A stretch of DNA of 64,000 bases from Negaprion brevirostris (taxonomy: Eukaryota), in assembly GCA_030324005.1 (NCBI GenBank), contig JARDVH010000106.1:55882026-55946025 (forward strand). The letters are read 5' to 3'. The notes beneath the pieces were generated by a model. That model saw only the letters and a program-made list of their open reading frames with translations, was not told the DNA's origin and searched no databases. The position numbers and the translations under genes are program-made. Position 1 is the stretch's first letter. Each line of letters begins with the position of its first letter. Positions 12,460 through 25,794 of this stretch are shown here, in pieces.

Positions 12460-12880
12460 AACTGTCAAAGTTGTAAAAATCCAACTGGTTCATCAATGTG
12501 CTTCGGAAAGAGAACCTGCTGAACATACTTAATCTGGGCTGTGTGTGATTCCTGTCTCTCTCAACTGCTGAAAATCTCTGTTCTCACTGGCAGCTGGGAT
12601 TTTCCAGTGCCGCTCAAAGTGAATGGAGCTTTGGCTGGAATGCCACATTCTCCATTCCCACTTGCAGCAGCGCAGCCACGAACAAGATTGGAGAATCCCA
12701 CTCTTGGTGAATATTAATTTCCCTCTGGAGTGGTCTAGCAAACCACTCAATTCCATTAAACCTCAACTGGTGGTTGAGGGGAAAACCCCAACACCAAAGC
12801 CTCCTCAGGGTAAGAAAGGAAGGGCAATACATTCAGAGCTTGTCAACAATGCTTGCTACCTGAGAATGAATAAAAAATAA
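12460..12880 (+). mobile_element. Old shark SINE with a nested MITE (~12590-12700)
   Basis: CCAACTGGTTCATCAATGT and CCCTCTGGAGTGGTCTAGCAAACCACTCA motifs related to 41105-41310; tail GAATGAATAAAAAA; internal segment matches MITE 22740-22862. Confidence 0.6.
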
Positions 12881-13526
12881 ATCATGGCAGAAATTTAAAG
12901 CTTATCCTCATCATACTTACATTAAATGCAAATCCACAACACAATGTGAGGTGAACCTGGTAGCCAACTTAGTGGGAACCAAAATCTCACACAACAGGAG
13001 TTACAGTGAACGAAACACTACTTATTGGTCAGAGTAATGTTCAATAACAATACCTATTGATCAGAGTAGTAGTTGAAATGGAAATTAGGGTTCGAAAGGT
13101 TCACAGTTGAGTATTTTTAAAGTGTAGAAAAACTCCATGTGAAATAACTGAGTTTTGAGTATTTTTAATGAAGCTTAAACACTGTACTGACCAATGGGTC
13201 TGAATAGTTTTAAATAATATACATAAAGTAATTGTCTTGAGAACTTACATAAAGATTATGTGCATACATTTGATGAGAAAGTAATTAATGTAAGAATACT
13301 GATCGGTGTTCAAAAAACTAGAAATGAAATAGCAAAACAAAAAAGTGACAATGAAACAGAATGTAGAAATTAAAGACCAGAGATGGATGTTGTAGAGACA
13401 GGATTCAAGTTAATGATACTGATGTCCAAGGAGGTCCTTCTCTCCTGAGATCCTACCCATTCCTGACCTTCTATCTCCCTCCAAACCCTCTCATCAACCA
13501 TATAAATTCCAGCACTTCTACCTCTC

Positions 13527-13650
13527 TTCAGCTCTGGAGAAGTCATGTGGACACAAAACGTGAACTCTGTTTCTCACTCCACAAATGCTGTCAGACCATC
13601 TTCCAGCATTTTCTAATTTCAGAGTTCCAGCATCTGCAGTGTTTTGCTTC
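13527..13650 (+). mobile_element. Penelope-type terminal repeat fragment
   Basis: AAACGTGAACTCTGTTTCTCACTCCACAAATGCTG...TTCCAGCATCTGCAG. Confidence 0.7.
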
Positions 13651-13945
13651 AATTCAAGTTAAGGGGTGTTAATAGTTTATCTTGCTGAATGTTTGCACTG
13701 TGAAAATAATTTTCATCCTGAAACTTGGACAATAAAGTGACAGAGTGGGTTATCTGAACTCGCTAGTTTTTGTTCCTTTGACCTCAGTGAAAATAAAAAT
13801 TAGATGGACAATCTGCCTCGGCCTATTTGTTTGCCCATATGATCAAAGCTAACATTCCCTCTGTTATATTCCTGACTGATTCACATATGGCATCTGTCCT
13901 CAAACAACCAGTATGCATATATGCACTCTTATAACTTAGGGCAAT

Positions 13946-14335
13946 GATCATAGAAAATATGAATAGGAGGAGGCCACTCACCCTTCGAGCCTGTTCCACC
14001 ATTCAATACGATCACGGCTGATCATCCAACTCAGTGGTTGATCCTATCTTACCCCCATATCCTTTGATCTCCTTTGCCCCAAGAATTATATCTAATTTCT
14101 TCTTGAAAACAATGTTTTGGCCTCAACTTTCTATAATAGCAAATTCCACAGGCTTACCACTCACTGGGGGAAGAGATTTTCCTCACCTTAATCTGAAAAT
14201 ATTTATTCCGTATCTTTAAACTGACCCCTGGTTCTGGATGTCCTCAACATCAGGAGCATCCTTTCTGCATCTACCCTGTCTAATTCTATTAGAATTTCTA
14301 GGTTTCTATGAATCCCCTCATTCTCCTAAACTCTT
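13946..14335 (-). mobile_element. CR1 LINE 3' fragment
   Basis: Inverse tail ATAGGAGGAGGCCACTCACCCTTCGAGCCTGTTCCACCATTCAAT followed by inverse ORF2 C-terminus. Confidence 0.85.
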
Positions 14336-14589
14336 CCTTCTATTTTCACCTAGATCCTTAATTTATGTGCTGAATTTACCGTGTTAGATTTGTCAAATGC
14401 AAACACAGCAACCGACTTGGTTCTAGAAGTCTACAGAAAAACTCACTGACTCCTGCACAAAGTCCAGTGGAATTGTTTAAACTAGATAGGGTATAGGATA
14501 TCCTGCAAGCCAACCTCGCACTTATGTTTTGAGAGTTTTGTGAAGATGGAACCTGTACATAACCTTTACAAGGACATTGTCGCAGGGGA

Positions 14590-15050
14590 TGGGTTCAGGG
14601 GCTTTTGGGCGAAACCTTCTTGAGAAGTAGGAGGTCTTGCCTGCTGGCTGGAGAGCTGGCGAGAGACCCACGCTGCCTCTTTGCGGGAAGGCCCACTGAA
14701 CCTCATGCCAATCAGCCAGGGATAAAGCCAGCGGCAGGCTGAGTCTTGGCATCAAGACTTGGAAGTTGAAGTCCCGCCAGCTATCAGCCAATCAGAGGCC
14801 GACCGCTCCTATGTTCAGCAGCAGCAGTGAGGAGATGTGACTGCTATTAGCAGGACAGGTAGCAGAATCTACAGAGTAGGATTGTGAAGCGACCCTGGCT
14901 ACAGATAAATAATATGGCAGTGGTGGTCCTTGGGGATGGGGGGGGAGGTTGCAGGGAGGGGAATTCAGAGTTCTTAATTGGCTCATGCCTTCCTTGTGTG
15001 CATTCTCACAATCACTACCTCACTGAGCACCCCCTCCACCATCCCCGCTC
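14590..15050. mobile_element. GC-rich non-autonomous DNA transposon remnant (Harbinger-like)
   Basis: GC-rich island with GAAGTCCCGCC and CAGCCAATCAGAGGCC motifs resembling shark MITEs; ends not defined. Confidence 0.4.
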
Positions 15051-17719
15051 CAGAGTTCATAGTCATAAGTACTAGGAGCAGGAGTAGACAGGTCTGTCCC
15101 CTCTAGCCTGCTCCGCCACTGACAATCAACTGCATGGGTTTTAGCTGTCATGCACAACACACAATAACAGGTTTGCCTGTAGTTGGGTTCATTTTTAATT
15201 CTGGCAGAGATGGTAAAGCAGTGAGATTTTAGTATGTAACCAATTTGCCTAAGTAAATGCTCTTCTCTTCTCCAAGTTCACTACAGCAAGATTATAAGAT
15301 TCCAGCTCTTCCGTCCTATGCTTTCAACCAGTCAGTGCAAACAAATCTTGCTAAGATGATATACAGATTTGGGGACCACCTAGGTTCTTGGTCGGGATTG
15401 TGCATATGGGTTTCAAATTCCCTTGGCCAGGGTGCTTCCACAGAACTTTCCAACCTTGCTGCAATGTTAAATGGCAAAGATCCACCCATAGCATCACAGC
15501 ATTAGTCCAACTAGAGGTGATACATTAAGGGGGAATTCCACTAACCACACAAACCTGTAGGGCTGGCAGTGGAGAACTGGGCCAGACACACGTTGAGACT
15601 TAAGCTAAAACATGCTAACTCGTGGGTTATCAGGGCCTTTGTCTTTAAGTGGCAACTTTCAGTAACGAAACATTCTAAAGTGTGTTACACGGAAACTGTA
15701 GCTACCATACTAGACATAGAAAGAAGTTAGAAGAGGTGATCAAAGGCACAGTTAAAGAGGGAAGATTTGAGAATGCTTTTTGAAGTGATGTCTGGGCCCA
15801 CTTTGTTCTCCAAGTCATGGTGCATTCTACAGAGAATACCCATGTCTGGCAGAAACTGGTTTATACAGAATTCTTGAAGTCATCAAAAGTTCCTTCAGCA
15901 TTTGCCATGCCTCTCTGTAGGCATGTGCAACTCAAAGCAACAATGGAAAATACCCAAGCACATGTAGAATCATAGCAAGGTTAGGAATAAATCAACCATA
16001 ACTAACCTGCATGTACTTCCGATCTCTATAAATCTCGTGATGGGAGTGAAGAGTGGGTTGGGTCCTTCCTACTGCATGTTCAGTTGTGCAGTATTAAGAG
16101 AGAGCTTTAGCGGGAGGTGAGCTCCAAAATGGCACCGCAGGTGTCAAACCGATGTTGCATGCTGATTGACATCAGCATCTGACAATTCTGCATAACTCCA
16201 GTGGTTGTTCACTGCACCCTTGCCAATGCCTACACCAGTACTGCAGCCATCATGATTCACTCCACGTGGGTGCATCTGCTGCAGGTGACATTTTGGAGCA
16301 CCAAGGGCACACGTAGCCCCCAAAAAACGGGAGCAAAGAAGCTCAATTTCTTAATCCTAGACATTTTGGTTAAGATTATAATTTAAACGCTGCCTTTTAC
16401 GATCTGTTTTGACTTTAATGTTACATGCATTAGTCAATTGAAGGATTGTCCTCCAGGCTGCTGTGAAATGATCAATGTACATTGCTCAACGGAATTGTTT
16501 GAATGGCTGTCCTATATTAGACATTACTATGGTCAGAGTCACAAGTTGATAGTTATTTTACACTGGATGATAGGAAGCTTCTCCTAACACTAAGTATTTG
16601 ACTTTGCTCTGTTTCAAGTTGTTATGTCCAATTCCAACAAGCAATGAATATTCAGTGATCAAATGAATGCAATTTTCAGGAGGAGAATATATTGAACAAT
16701 CCAAAATTCATAATCTTGCAGTCCAGTCAGATTGTACAGGAAGGTAATTATCCTTGGGATGCCATATTATTCTCAGTCTTGCAAACAAATTACCTTACAG
16801 ATTTGTAAACTGTCTGTATACAGGGAGGGATTTATGGGTTTTTATGTCTGTAAAATACCAGTGGCTTCTTTTCACTACAAACTATTCACGTGCCAAAGCA
16901 TACATGACAGAGTTTAGCTCAGTCTGTTCAAAAATTTCCACATAAGAACAGCATCATCTTGATGTAATTGTAATGTACTGCATGAAGGTACAAACTGTCT
17001 CTTAAGATTAGGAAACCCTTTACTCTTTCTGCCATTTTGCACCAGAGGACTGCTTTCTCTCTGATTTACTCACTGGTCTCAGCCATTCTTTACTGGTACC
17101 TCGTGACAATTGTGGTACCTCTGCAGAGTAATCTAAGTGAGACAGGAGGAGTTCAGTGAAGTGGAGAAATTGACACTGCGCCTTGCTCCATTTAAACATT
17201 TTTTCAAGGTGCTGAGCCATTTTTGTGCTGTGGCATGGTAAATGTTCGATAGTTAGATCTATTAAAATTTCCAATATGCCTACAATTTGGACAGTTCTGA
17301 ATCATCATGAACAATTGATTATCTTCTGCAGGGTGTACAAGTCCGGGTTGTGTCACCATTAAAATAAAGTTTTTGTTTAAAAAATACAAAGACAAAGGGT
17401 TCTTTGAATGGTGAGATAAATCAGCTGTACCAATGAGCAGAATGAATGTAGATGCAAAAAGGACAGAAATAAACAATTAAGATATAGTGATAAATACAGA
17501 GGATATTTTTGCAGGAGTGCCAGTAGCTAATTTGACAAAATTGTTTCAAATTATGGCAAATTATTATGGCGAGTTTGAAAAGCAGATTTTTTAATTATAC
17601 ACCAATCACACATTCACATAATGCAATCATGATTTTATTGCTGGTCTGATTGCAGATTTGAAGACAGTTTATTTGAGGTTTCTTCTTTCCCAGGCAGTCT
17701 GAAACTTCATTAATTTAAA

Positions 17720-18525
17720 CACATTAAGGCCAACTTTAACATTGGGCAGAACATGGGCAGGCAAACAGGTAGAGAGCGAGTGGGTAATTGGTGCAGAGTG
17801 GGAGGCCAGCTGGCAGGAAGTGGGTATTGCAGGCAGAGCTCCAGACGGCAGCTGGAAGAGCATGGGCAGACAGTGGACAGAGTGGGGATGTGCAATTGGA
17901 GGAATGTCCTGGGGACAAAGGTTGGAGTTTAAGTAAGCAATAGGTGGTTCCTGGGCAGGCAGCAGGTGGAATACAGCTACCCCTTCTTGCTGGCACACAC
18001 TATTTGGAGGCTTGATTTACATTCTGGGTCTGCTGGTGAGCTCCGGATGTCCAAATGCATTGTGCTGACTTTCGTAGAGTGGGAAATCGCTGAGAGTGTC
18101 TTGGATGGGATGCAGGGGAAGGAGGAGGGGGCATGGTGTGAGGTGATCTATGGGAGCCTCCGAAGTTCCAACAGCAATCCATTTTTTTTTGTGGGCTGAG
18201 AAAAAGGGCTCTATTCCTCTTGACCCCATACTGAAAAAAATGATGGTCCATATCTTAAGGGAACTTCAACGTTTACTAGTTTGGCTGCGTACCACCCAGG
18301 AGAAATTGCTGTCCAACAGATGCGGACTAGTTTTACCTTGTATTTGTAGTCAGCATCCTCTGTGTGTTATAGAATCTCCATTTGTAAATCATCATAAAGC
18401 TCCTGAATGCTGGAGCTCCATGTGAAAGGCCTGAGCAAAAATGGCAGCCAGGGGTGGCATTTGCAGCCTGTTATTTTAACTTGAGAGCCTCATTTCGGTG
18501 GGCAGGCTTGTTAAATTTGGCCTTA
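17720..18525. mobile_element. GC-rich degenerate DNA transposon remnant
   Basis: GC/purine-rich island producing several spurious overlapping ORFs; terminal-like GTTAAATTTGGCC at right. Confidence 0.35.
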
Positions 18526-19231
18526 TTGTGCTCTGGGATGGACTTTACTGGTGTACCAACACATAGCGCGGTAACTCTAGTGAGCTAGAGGGGACATGAA
18601 GGTACAATGCAGATTCCTTCTTCAGCAGTTTCTCATCATCTGCTGCACGTGTTCAAGGAACTATGTGCAACATGGGAGTAAAAAAAGCAAATGAAAAACA
18701 AAATCATATTCATGAGCACTCCTTGGCTCTTTTCACCCTAATTCATTTTTATTAGTCGACTTGCAAGGACATGGCTGCCTTTCTGGTTAGGGGAAAATAA
18801 CTCGTGTAATTTTTATCATTGNNNNNNNNNNNNNNNNNNNNNNNNNNNNNNNNNNNNNNNNNNNNNNNNNNNNNNNNNNNNNNNNNNNNNNNNNNNNNNN
18901 NNNNNNNNNNNNNNNNNNNNNGTGTAATTTTTATCATTGGCACACCACAATAAAGTCACACATAAGCCACAGAATGACGTTATCATGACCCGAGTGGCAT
19001 CAAGACATCTATTTATAAAGGAGAGACAACGCTTTCCTAAGAATCTTACAAGACAACAATGCCCCTTCAAACAAACTATAACCATTTGTATCCAGAATCT
19101 AATGCGAAGCCAACTAACATTGGAATTAAATTGGAGTCAGTGTACGAAGAAAATACTTACATCATGACTCACCAGTATAAAGTAAGCAGTCAAAAATGAT
19201 TATATTTAATACAAGGCCTGCTGAGAAACTT

Positions 19232-19564
<333 letters not shown>

Positions 19565-20399
19565 TTAGAATTCAGGTGTTTGGTAGAACATTGATCCACA
19601 GACTTCCGACAGAACCATTTGTCTTTTATATTGCTGCTTTTTATGTGTAGATGCATATATGAATGTCTGAGAAATATCAGAAGAGTCAGATAAACATTGT
19701 AGACATTGAATTTCAAACCAAGGCAATTGGCAGTTCTACTCCGGAAACATTTGTTACAGGGTTCCTAAGCTAAATTGAGTAGGTTTATGGCTAAATTTCT
19801 TTTGTGTTGATTGTGTTATTAAACTTATTTTTAGACTTGTGTACTCAGTGGCTTGAAAAGTAACCTGGTTGGACAAAGCAATTGGAGCAATTTATTTTTA
19901 GCCGCCTGATTAGTTCGATGCGTTTTACTTGCTGATTTGTGAACAGCTGTATTGAACAATAAATGAGCAATTTGACTGGCCAGTCTTGCGGTGGCTGTTG
20001 GTTGGCAAATTTTTCGACCTGTCAAGAGAAAGGGCTCACCTTTGGTCAACTCAGATGTGTCACATGATTAAACGTGACCTAAGATTTGTGTAAATCATGC
20101 TTTTCTTTGAGCCAGAATGATTACTCGAGGAATGATGTCTTTCAAGGTCTGACTCATAAGACATGAGCTTAATGATACAGATAGGTGAAATGAAGTGTAA
20201 GTGAAATAGTTCACATAAATTTGACACGATTGACTGAAGGGTAGAATGTTTTTCTGCATTTGGGAAATTAGAGATGTGGGCACTAAAAACAAACTTAATA
20301 TTTTAGTCATTCAGAATGAGCATATATTTGAGGACTCTCTATTACACATAGGGCAGAATTCTTCCACTTTGAGATGTTGAAATTACTATAACCAGGGTA

Positions 20400-21605
20400 C
20401 TAGGTAACTGATGGGTTTAAAAATAGCTAAGTCCATGGGACCTGACGGCCTGCACCCTAGGGTGTTAAAGGAGGTGGCAGCAGAGATAGTGGATGCATCA
20501 GTTATGATATTCCAAAATTCCCTGGATTCCGGAAGGGTACCAGTGGACTGGAAACATGCTGATGTGACACCCTTATTCAAGAAAGGGAAGAGGCAAAAAG
20601 TGGGAAACTATAGACCAGTCAGCCTGATCTCTGGGAAAGTTGCTGGAGTCAATCATTAAGCAGGAGGTGACTGAGCATCTGGAAAAGCAAAACTTAATTC
20701 ACTAGTGTCAGCAGGGTTTTGTGAAGGGCAAGTCTTGTCTGACAAACCTGCTAGGGTTCTTTGAGCTTGTAAACAGCAAGGTAGATAATGGGGATCCTGA
20801 TCTGACAAGGTGCCACACAAGAGACTGATCCAGAAGGTTAGATCCCAATGGGCTGGAGATAGAGTAGTGGCATAGATTGAGGATTGGCTGACTGATAGAA
20901 AACAGAGGCTTGGGATAAATGGGTCCTTCTCCAGTTGGCAATCTGTAACTAATGGGTTCCTGCAGGGTTCAGTTCTGGGACCATAACTATTTAGAATCTA
21001 TGTCAATGATCTACAAGCAAGGAAGAGTGTAACATAGCAAAATTAGTTAACAACACAAAAACAGGTGGGAAATCAGGCTGTGATAAGATGATTAAAAAGT
21101 TTACTAATCGATACTGACAGGCTAGGGGAATGGACCGTAATCTAGCAGATGGGGTTTAATGTGGATAAATGTGACATTTCCCATTTTGGCCTGAAAAATA
21201 AAAGGGCAAATTATTATTTAAATGGGAAATTGATTCAAAAGGCATCTGTGCAGAGGGATCTGGGTGTCCTTGTGCGTGAGTCTCAGAAAGTGGGTACGCA
21301 GGTGCAGAACGTGATAAGGAAGGCAAATGGAATCTTGGCATTTATTGCAAAGGGTCTACAGTATAAAAGTAGATAAGTGTTGTTACAATTGTATAAGGCA
21401 TTAGTGAGCGGACACTTGGAGGACTGTATTCAGTTTTGGTCACCTTCTTTGAGGAAGGATGTGGTGGCACTGAAGGGGTTCAGAAGAAGTTCACGAGATT
21501 GATACCAGGTTTGAAGGGGCAGTCGTATGAGAAGTAGTTGAGTAGCTTGGGCTTGCACTCGTTGGAGTAAGAAGAATGAGGGGAGATTTGATTAAGGTGT
21601 TTAAA
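20400..21605 (+). mobile_element. CR1 LINE ORF2 (reverse transcriptase) fragment, frameshifted
   Basis: KSMGPDGLHPRVLKE, VPVDWKHADVTPLFKKG, NYRPVSL, QGSVLGP, MGFNVDKC, QRDLGVLV. Confidence 0.95.
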
Positions 21606-21680
21606 AGAAGACCATATGACATAGGAGTTGAATTAGGCCACTCAGGCCATTGAGTCTGCTCTGCCATTTGTTCAAGGCCA
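21606..21680 (-). mobile_element. CR1 3' tail, opposite orientation to the adjacent CR1
   Basis: GACCATATGACATAGGAGTTGAATTAGGCCACTCAGGCCATTGAGTCTGCTCTGCCATT. Confidence 0.8.
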
Positions 21681-22545
21681 GCAACTGTTCCACCCACCTG
21701 CCTTCAACAGATGAGTTCAAAAATCCCAATGCCCTATTGAAATACCAGTCCAGCGCACGCCTATCACTCTCTCCAGCCCACTTGTCTTCATCAGACCATG
21801 CAGGATGTCAGCAACCCAGAGGGAAAAGGCTGGCAATCTTAAGAAGAAATGTGTTCCGCGATTCAATCAACCTCCCTCCTGAGCCTGTGAGATGCCCATG
21901 CCCCATTTGGACCTTGGACCTCTACCCAGCCCATCTAGAGTTTTTGTGTATCCGCATCTCGTAAACAATGTGATATCCCTTTGACCTCCTTGTTTGTGAT
22001 ACATTCATGCAGCTTTGTCAGGGTCCAGCTTCCCTCCCCTCGGTCTTCCCTTTGCCTTCCGTTGTTCATCTTTATCATCCACCTCCTTGCCCCTCTGTCT
22101 GCCATTGTGTGCCTGTGCCCATCCTCCACCCCCTTTGCAGTTGTCCTCCATCCACATTGCCCCCCGACTTGAGTTCGATAGGCCACACCCCCACTAGGGC
22201 AATATTGCTCCCACTTCGAGGTCTCTGGCCAACTGAAGGTTGCATTGTGCATGCCACGCATTACCATTTGGCTTTGACGCTTACGTGATTTCGCACTGGC
22301 AAGATTACAAGGCACAGAGGGGCGCCGGTGGGCAACTGTTTTAATGAACTTTCATAGATGCAAATTACCGCAAATGGCATTCACACCACCTGCCAACAGG
22401 AAGACTGACCTGTCATCAATCTACCAACGGGAAAACTGCAACCTGATTTTATGCCAATGCGTCTCCAACTTTTTGGCTCTCACTAGACTCTCTGCACCTG
22501 CCCGCCATCAAACCCAGCTTGGGTGGGATGGGAGAATTCCGCTCA
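21681..22545. mobile_element. Harbinger-like DNA transposon remnant
   Basis: GC-rich block ending in GGGAGAATTCCGCTC, similar to the MITE termini elsewhere in the window. Confidence 0.45.
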
Positions 22546-22739
22546 TTCTATTTGGCCCTCAGATGAGTAAGTGGGTGAGTGGTTGACCTTGGTGTGCTGC
22601 AGCCTACCTTACTTTGAACATAAAGATAAATCTCTGTTCGTTGGAAGATCTTTGCTGTTTGACAAACACTTGCTTTAGGGACAAATAACATCATTGTAAA
22701 ATTGCCCAAATCATAATGCTGCACAGAAGGAAAATTGTT

Positions 22740-22862
22740 GGGCAGAATGTTGTAGCAGGATTCTCTGGTCCCACTGCTGTGAACAGAGATTTGGCTGAGT
22801 GCCAAATTCCCTTTCCTCACTTGCAGCAGCTGCAGAGTGTGAACAGCTGGAAGATCCCGCCC
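22740..22862. mobile_element. Short MITE (PIF/Harbinger-like)
   Basis: GGGCAGAAT...AAGATCCCGCCC termini; internal CACTTGCAGCAGC shared with the copy at 12660. Confidence 0.6.
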
Positions 22863-23509
22863 ATTATTCTCGAAGACTAAATTCACAAAAAGTACAAATT
22901 CAAAAGGCAAAGGAGCTTATTATATTTTAAATATTTTCAACTTGCAAATTTATGTAAACAATCGATGAATCAGGATATCTCATCAACATTTTATAGTTTT
23001 TTTAAAAGAAATATAACCAAATAGTAAAGTGTTCTGCAGTGAATCGCACACCTGAATGTGTCAAAGGAAGCAACAGGGAGAAAAATGGAGGTGAAATAAT
23101 TAAACATCCAGAAATTCAGTAAACATTTTCTATTTTGAAAAAAACAAATGTCAACTTTGTACATTTGGTGACAGAGTGCTGCCACAGGAAACTGTCACAT
23201 GAATGAGCCACCAGCACCAATTCCCAGGTTTTCTGGCCATTTGTGATTTTGGGAATTTTTATAGGGTCAGTAGGAGTTGAAGCAGTCAATACTGGTTTTA
23301 ATTTTTGGAGCCTGGTTTCCCTGTTGCCATGATTAATAGGCATTGTACAATTAATCCATCAGTTGAGCTGCCAGCTTGCAATTCTCTGAAGAATCTGGCT
23401 GAGGATGTATCTGCTACACCTGATATTGACCCAAGGCTCAGGCCAAAAGTGTTTTGTCAACTAGAAGCTTCCAGCTAAAACGCTGAGACCTAAAGAGACA
23501 ACGCTCACT

Positions 23510-24262
23510 CACCTCTACATTGCAACCTATCATCAAAACCACTTACTTCCATCTCCACAATATTGCTAGCTGTGACTCCTAAATTGTTCTTGCCTCTACT
23601 TAAAATTGTCATTTAATGCCTTTGTCAAAATCATACTTAATTTCTCTGTTTTTTTAACATTATCTTTGGTCCTGCCTCAGCATAACTTCTGCTGAAGCCC
23701 TAATTAATTCTTTTGTTTCCCTACGTTTAACTTCCAACTCTCTTCTGGCTGGCCTCCCATCTCATACCCTCCATAAACCTGAACTTAACCAAAATGTTGC
23801 TGCCCCATTCCTAACTCACACCAAGCCCCACTTACTCATTGACCTTGTGCTCACTGACTTGCATTGGGCTCCTGGTCTGTTAACCTCTCAACTTTAAAAT
23901 TTCCATCCTTGTTTTCAAATTTCTCCATGGCCTTGGTCTTTCATATCTCCCTAACCTCACCCAGTCGTACAAAGTTCTGAGATCCCTTTGCTGTTTTGGT
24001 TCTGGTCTCTTTCATATCTCCAATTTTAAATGCTCAACAAATGGCATCTTAAAGTCCAGAACTCCTCCTCTAAAGCTTTCTGCCTCTTTAGCTTGTTTTG
24101 AGTTGCTCCTTAAAACGTATTTCAGTGATCAAGCTTCTGGTCACTTGTACTTGTAGCTCTTCATGTGGCTTAATGGCAAAATAAATTTGATAACATTCTT
24201 ATGAAGCACCCTGGGACATTTTATGACATTAAAGGTGCTATTTAAATGCACACTGTTGTGGT
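23510..24262 (+). mobile_element. L2 LINE 3' fragment
   Basis: YFHLHNIA, NSLLAGLP and LTDLHW remnants; L2-type tail ATTAAAGGTGCTATTTAAATGCA..TGTTG. Confidence 0.8.
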
Positions 24263-24824
24263 TCTTCTCAATAAACCTCATGCAATCAACCTTGCACATA
24301 TCACCTATTCATAATCCTGCATTCTGCATTACATTCTGCCCTTCCTGATTTCCAACGGCTTGTTATTATCAAATACATTGTCTTCAAAATCTTTATTTTT
24401 GCCTATAAATCCATCCATGGACTCAGTTTACTCTACTGCTGAGACTATCCTCAACTCTATACTCCAGATTCCACTCTGCCTTATTTTTATTTGGCCTCGA
24501 CTTCAATCGAATTCTCAAAACTGATCTCATCACGTCTCCAAATTCCAGCTGATGTCCAAATTTTCTCTGAACCACAATATACCAAAACATCAGGAGATCA
24601 TGAGTGTCAACAAGTGTAATTTGTTATTACTAAGTTTAGCCCAGCTGTGAATTGTATGCCTACTCTAACGGAAGTTAATTGCAACATCTTTTGTGGTCCC
24701 CAGATCAACCATCAGTGTTGATTCCAGTATGTGTGCGGTTTTGAGCTATTTACTGCATAAACCTGCTCTGCCATTGGGGATCTACAATCTTCAAAGTGTT
24801 AAAACGACAACAGTATAAACAGAA

Positions 24825-25500
24825 CAATAACAAATCATGTTTATGTAGTACACTTAACACAGCAAAACATTCCAAAGCACTTCAGAGTTCAGGATTGCAA
24901 CTCATCCAAGAATCAACTTGCTATAGGACAGAAACAGGCTGTGGAAAACTCAGGCTCATTCTCCATTTTAAGTCAGCACAATGATAACCATGAAGTTGAG
25001 GGTGGCACTCCAGAAGTAAAGCTGGGTATTATCAGCTTACGTATAAAAGGCAACCCATGCTTCTCCATAATGCTGTCAAAAAATAGGCACCCTGGGAGGA
25101 ATAGGAGATGGTCAAGGGTGGAACCTTGGGGAACAGCAGAGATGACTCTGCAGGCACAGGACGAGATGCCATTGCAGGGCGATTTGGATTTGGTATCACA
25201 GGTAGTTACAGCACCACATGAGGACAGTATTACAGAAGTGAATCACAGAGACGAGACATGGAGGAGGATGCCATGGCTTACTGGATCAAAAGTGGCAAAG
25301 AATTATAGGAGCACCTGGAGGCCTAATGCTTTGTGGTGAAAATCATAAAGAATATTGTTGGCCAGCCTCAACAGTGTGGTCTCGGTGTTGTGCAGGATAG
25401 ACACTAGATTAAAGGGTTAGGGGTAGGAAATGCCGGATATCAAGTTAGGTGGTGACGATGCATTCCAGACCCTTAGAAAGAAAGGGTAGATTGGAAAAAG
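24825..25500 (-). mobile_element. Degenerate L2 LINE fragments
   Basis: Inverse tail AACAATAACAAATCATGTTTATGTAG; inverse of GVPQGS.LDHLLF (AATAGGAGATGGTCAAGGGTGGAACCTTGGGGAAC). Confidence 0.6.
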
Positions 25501-25557
25501 AAACAGTGAAGTTACAGCCAGTTAATTCTAACTAATTTAACAATAATGATTTCCTTA

Positions 25558-25794
<237 letters not shown>

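Noticed and set aside
16680-16743. 64-nt AG/GT-bounded plus-strand segment with AATAAA at 17363
   Set aside because: Short pyrimidine tract, no linkable partner exon or homology; likely pseudo-exon
20400-21680. Oppositely oriented CR1 pieces as a twin-priming 5' inversion
   Set aside because: The 3' tail faces the junction, which is the wrong geometry for twin priming; two separate insertions fit better
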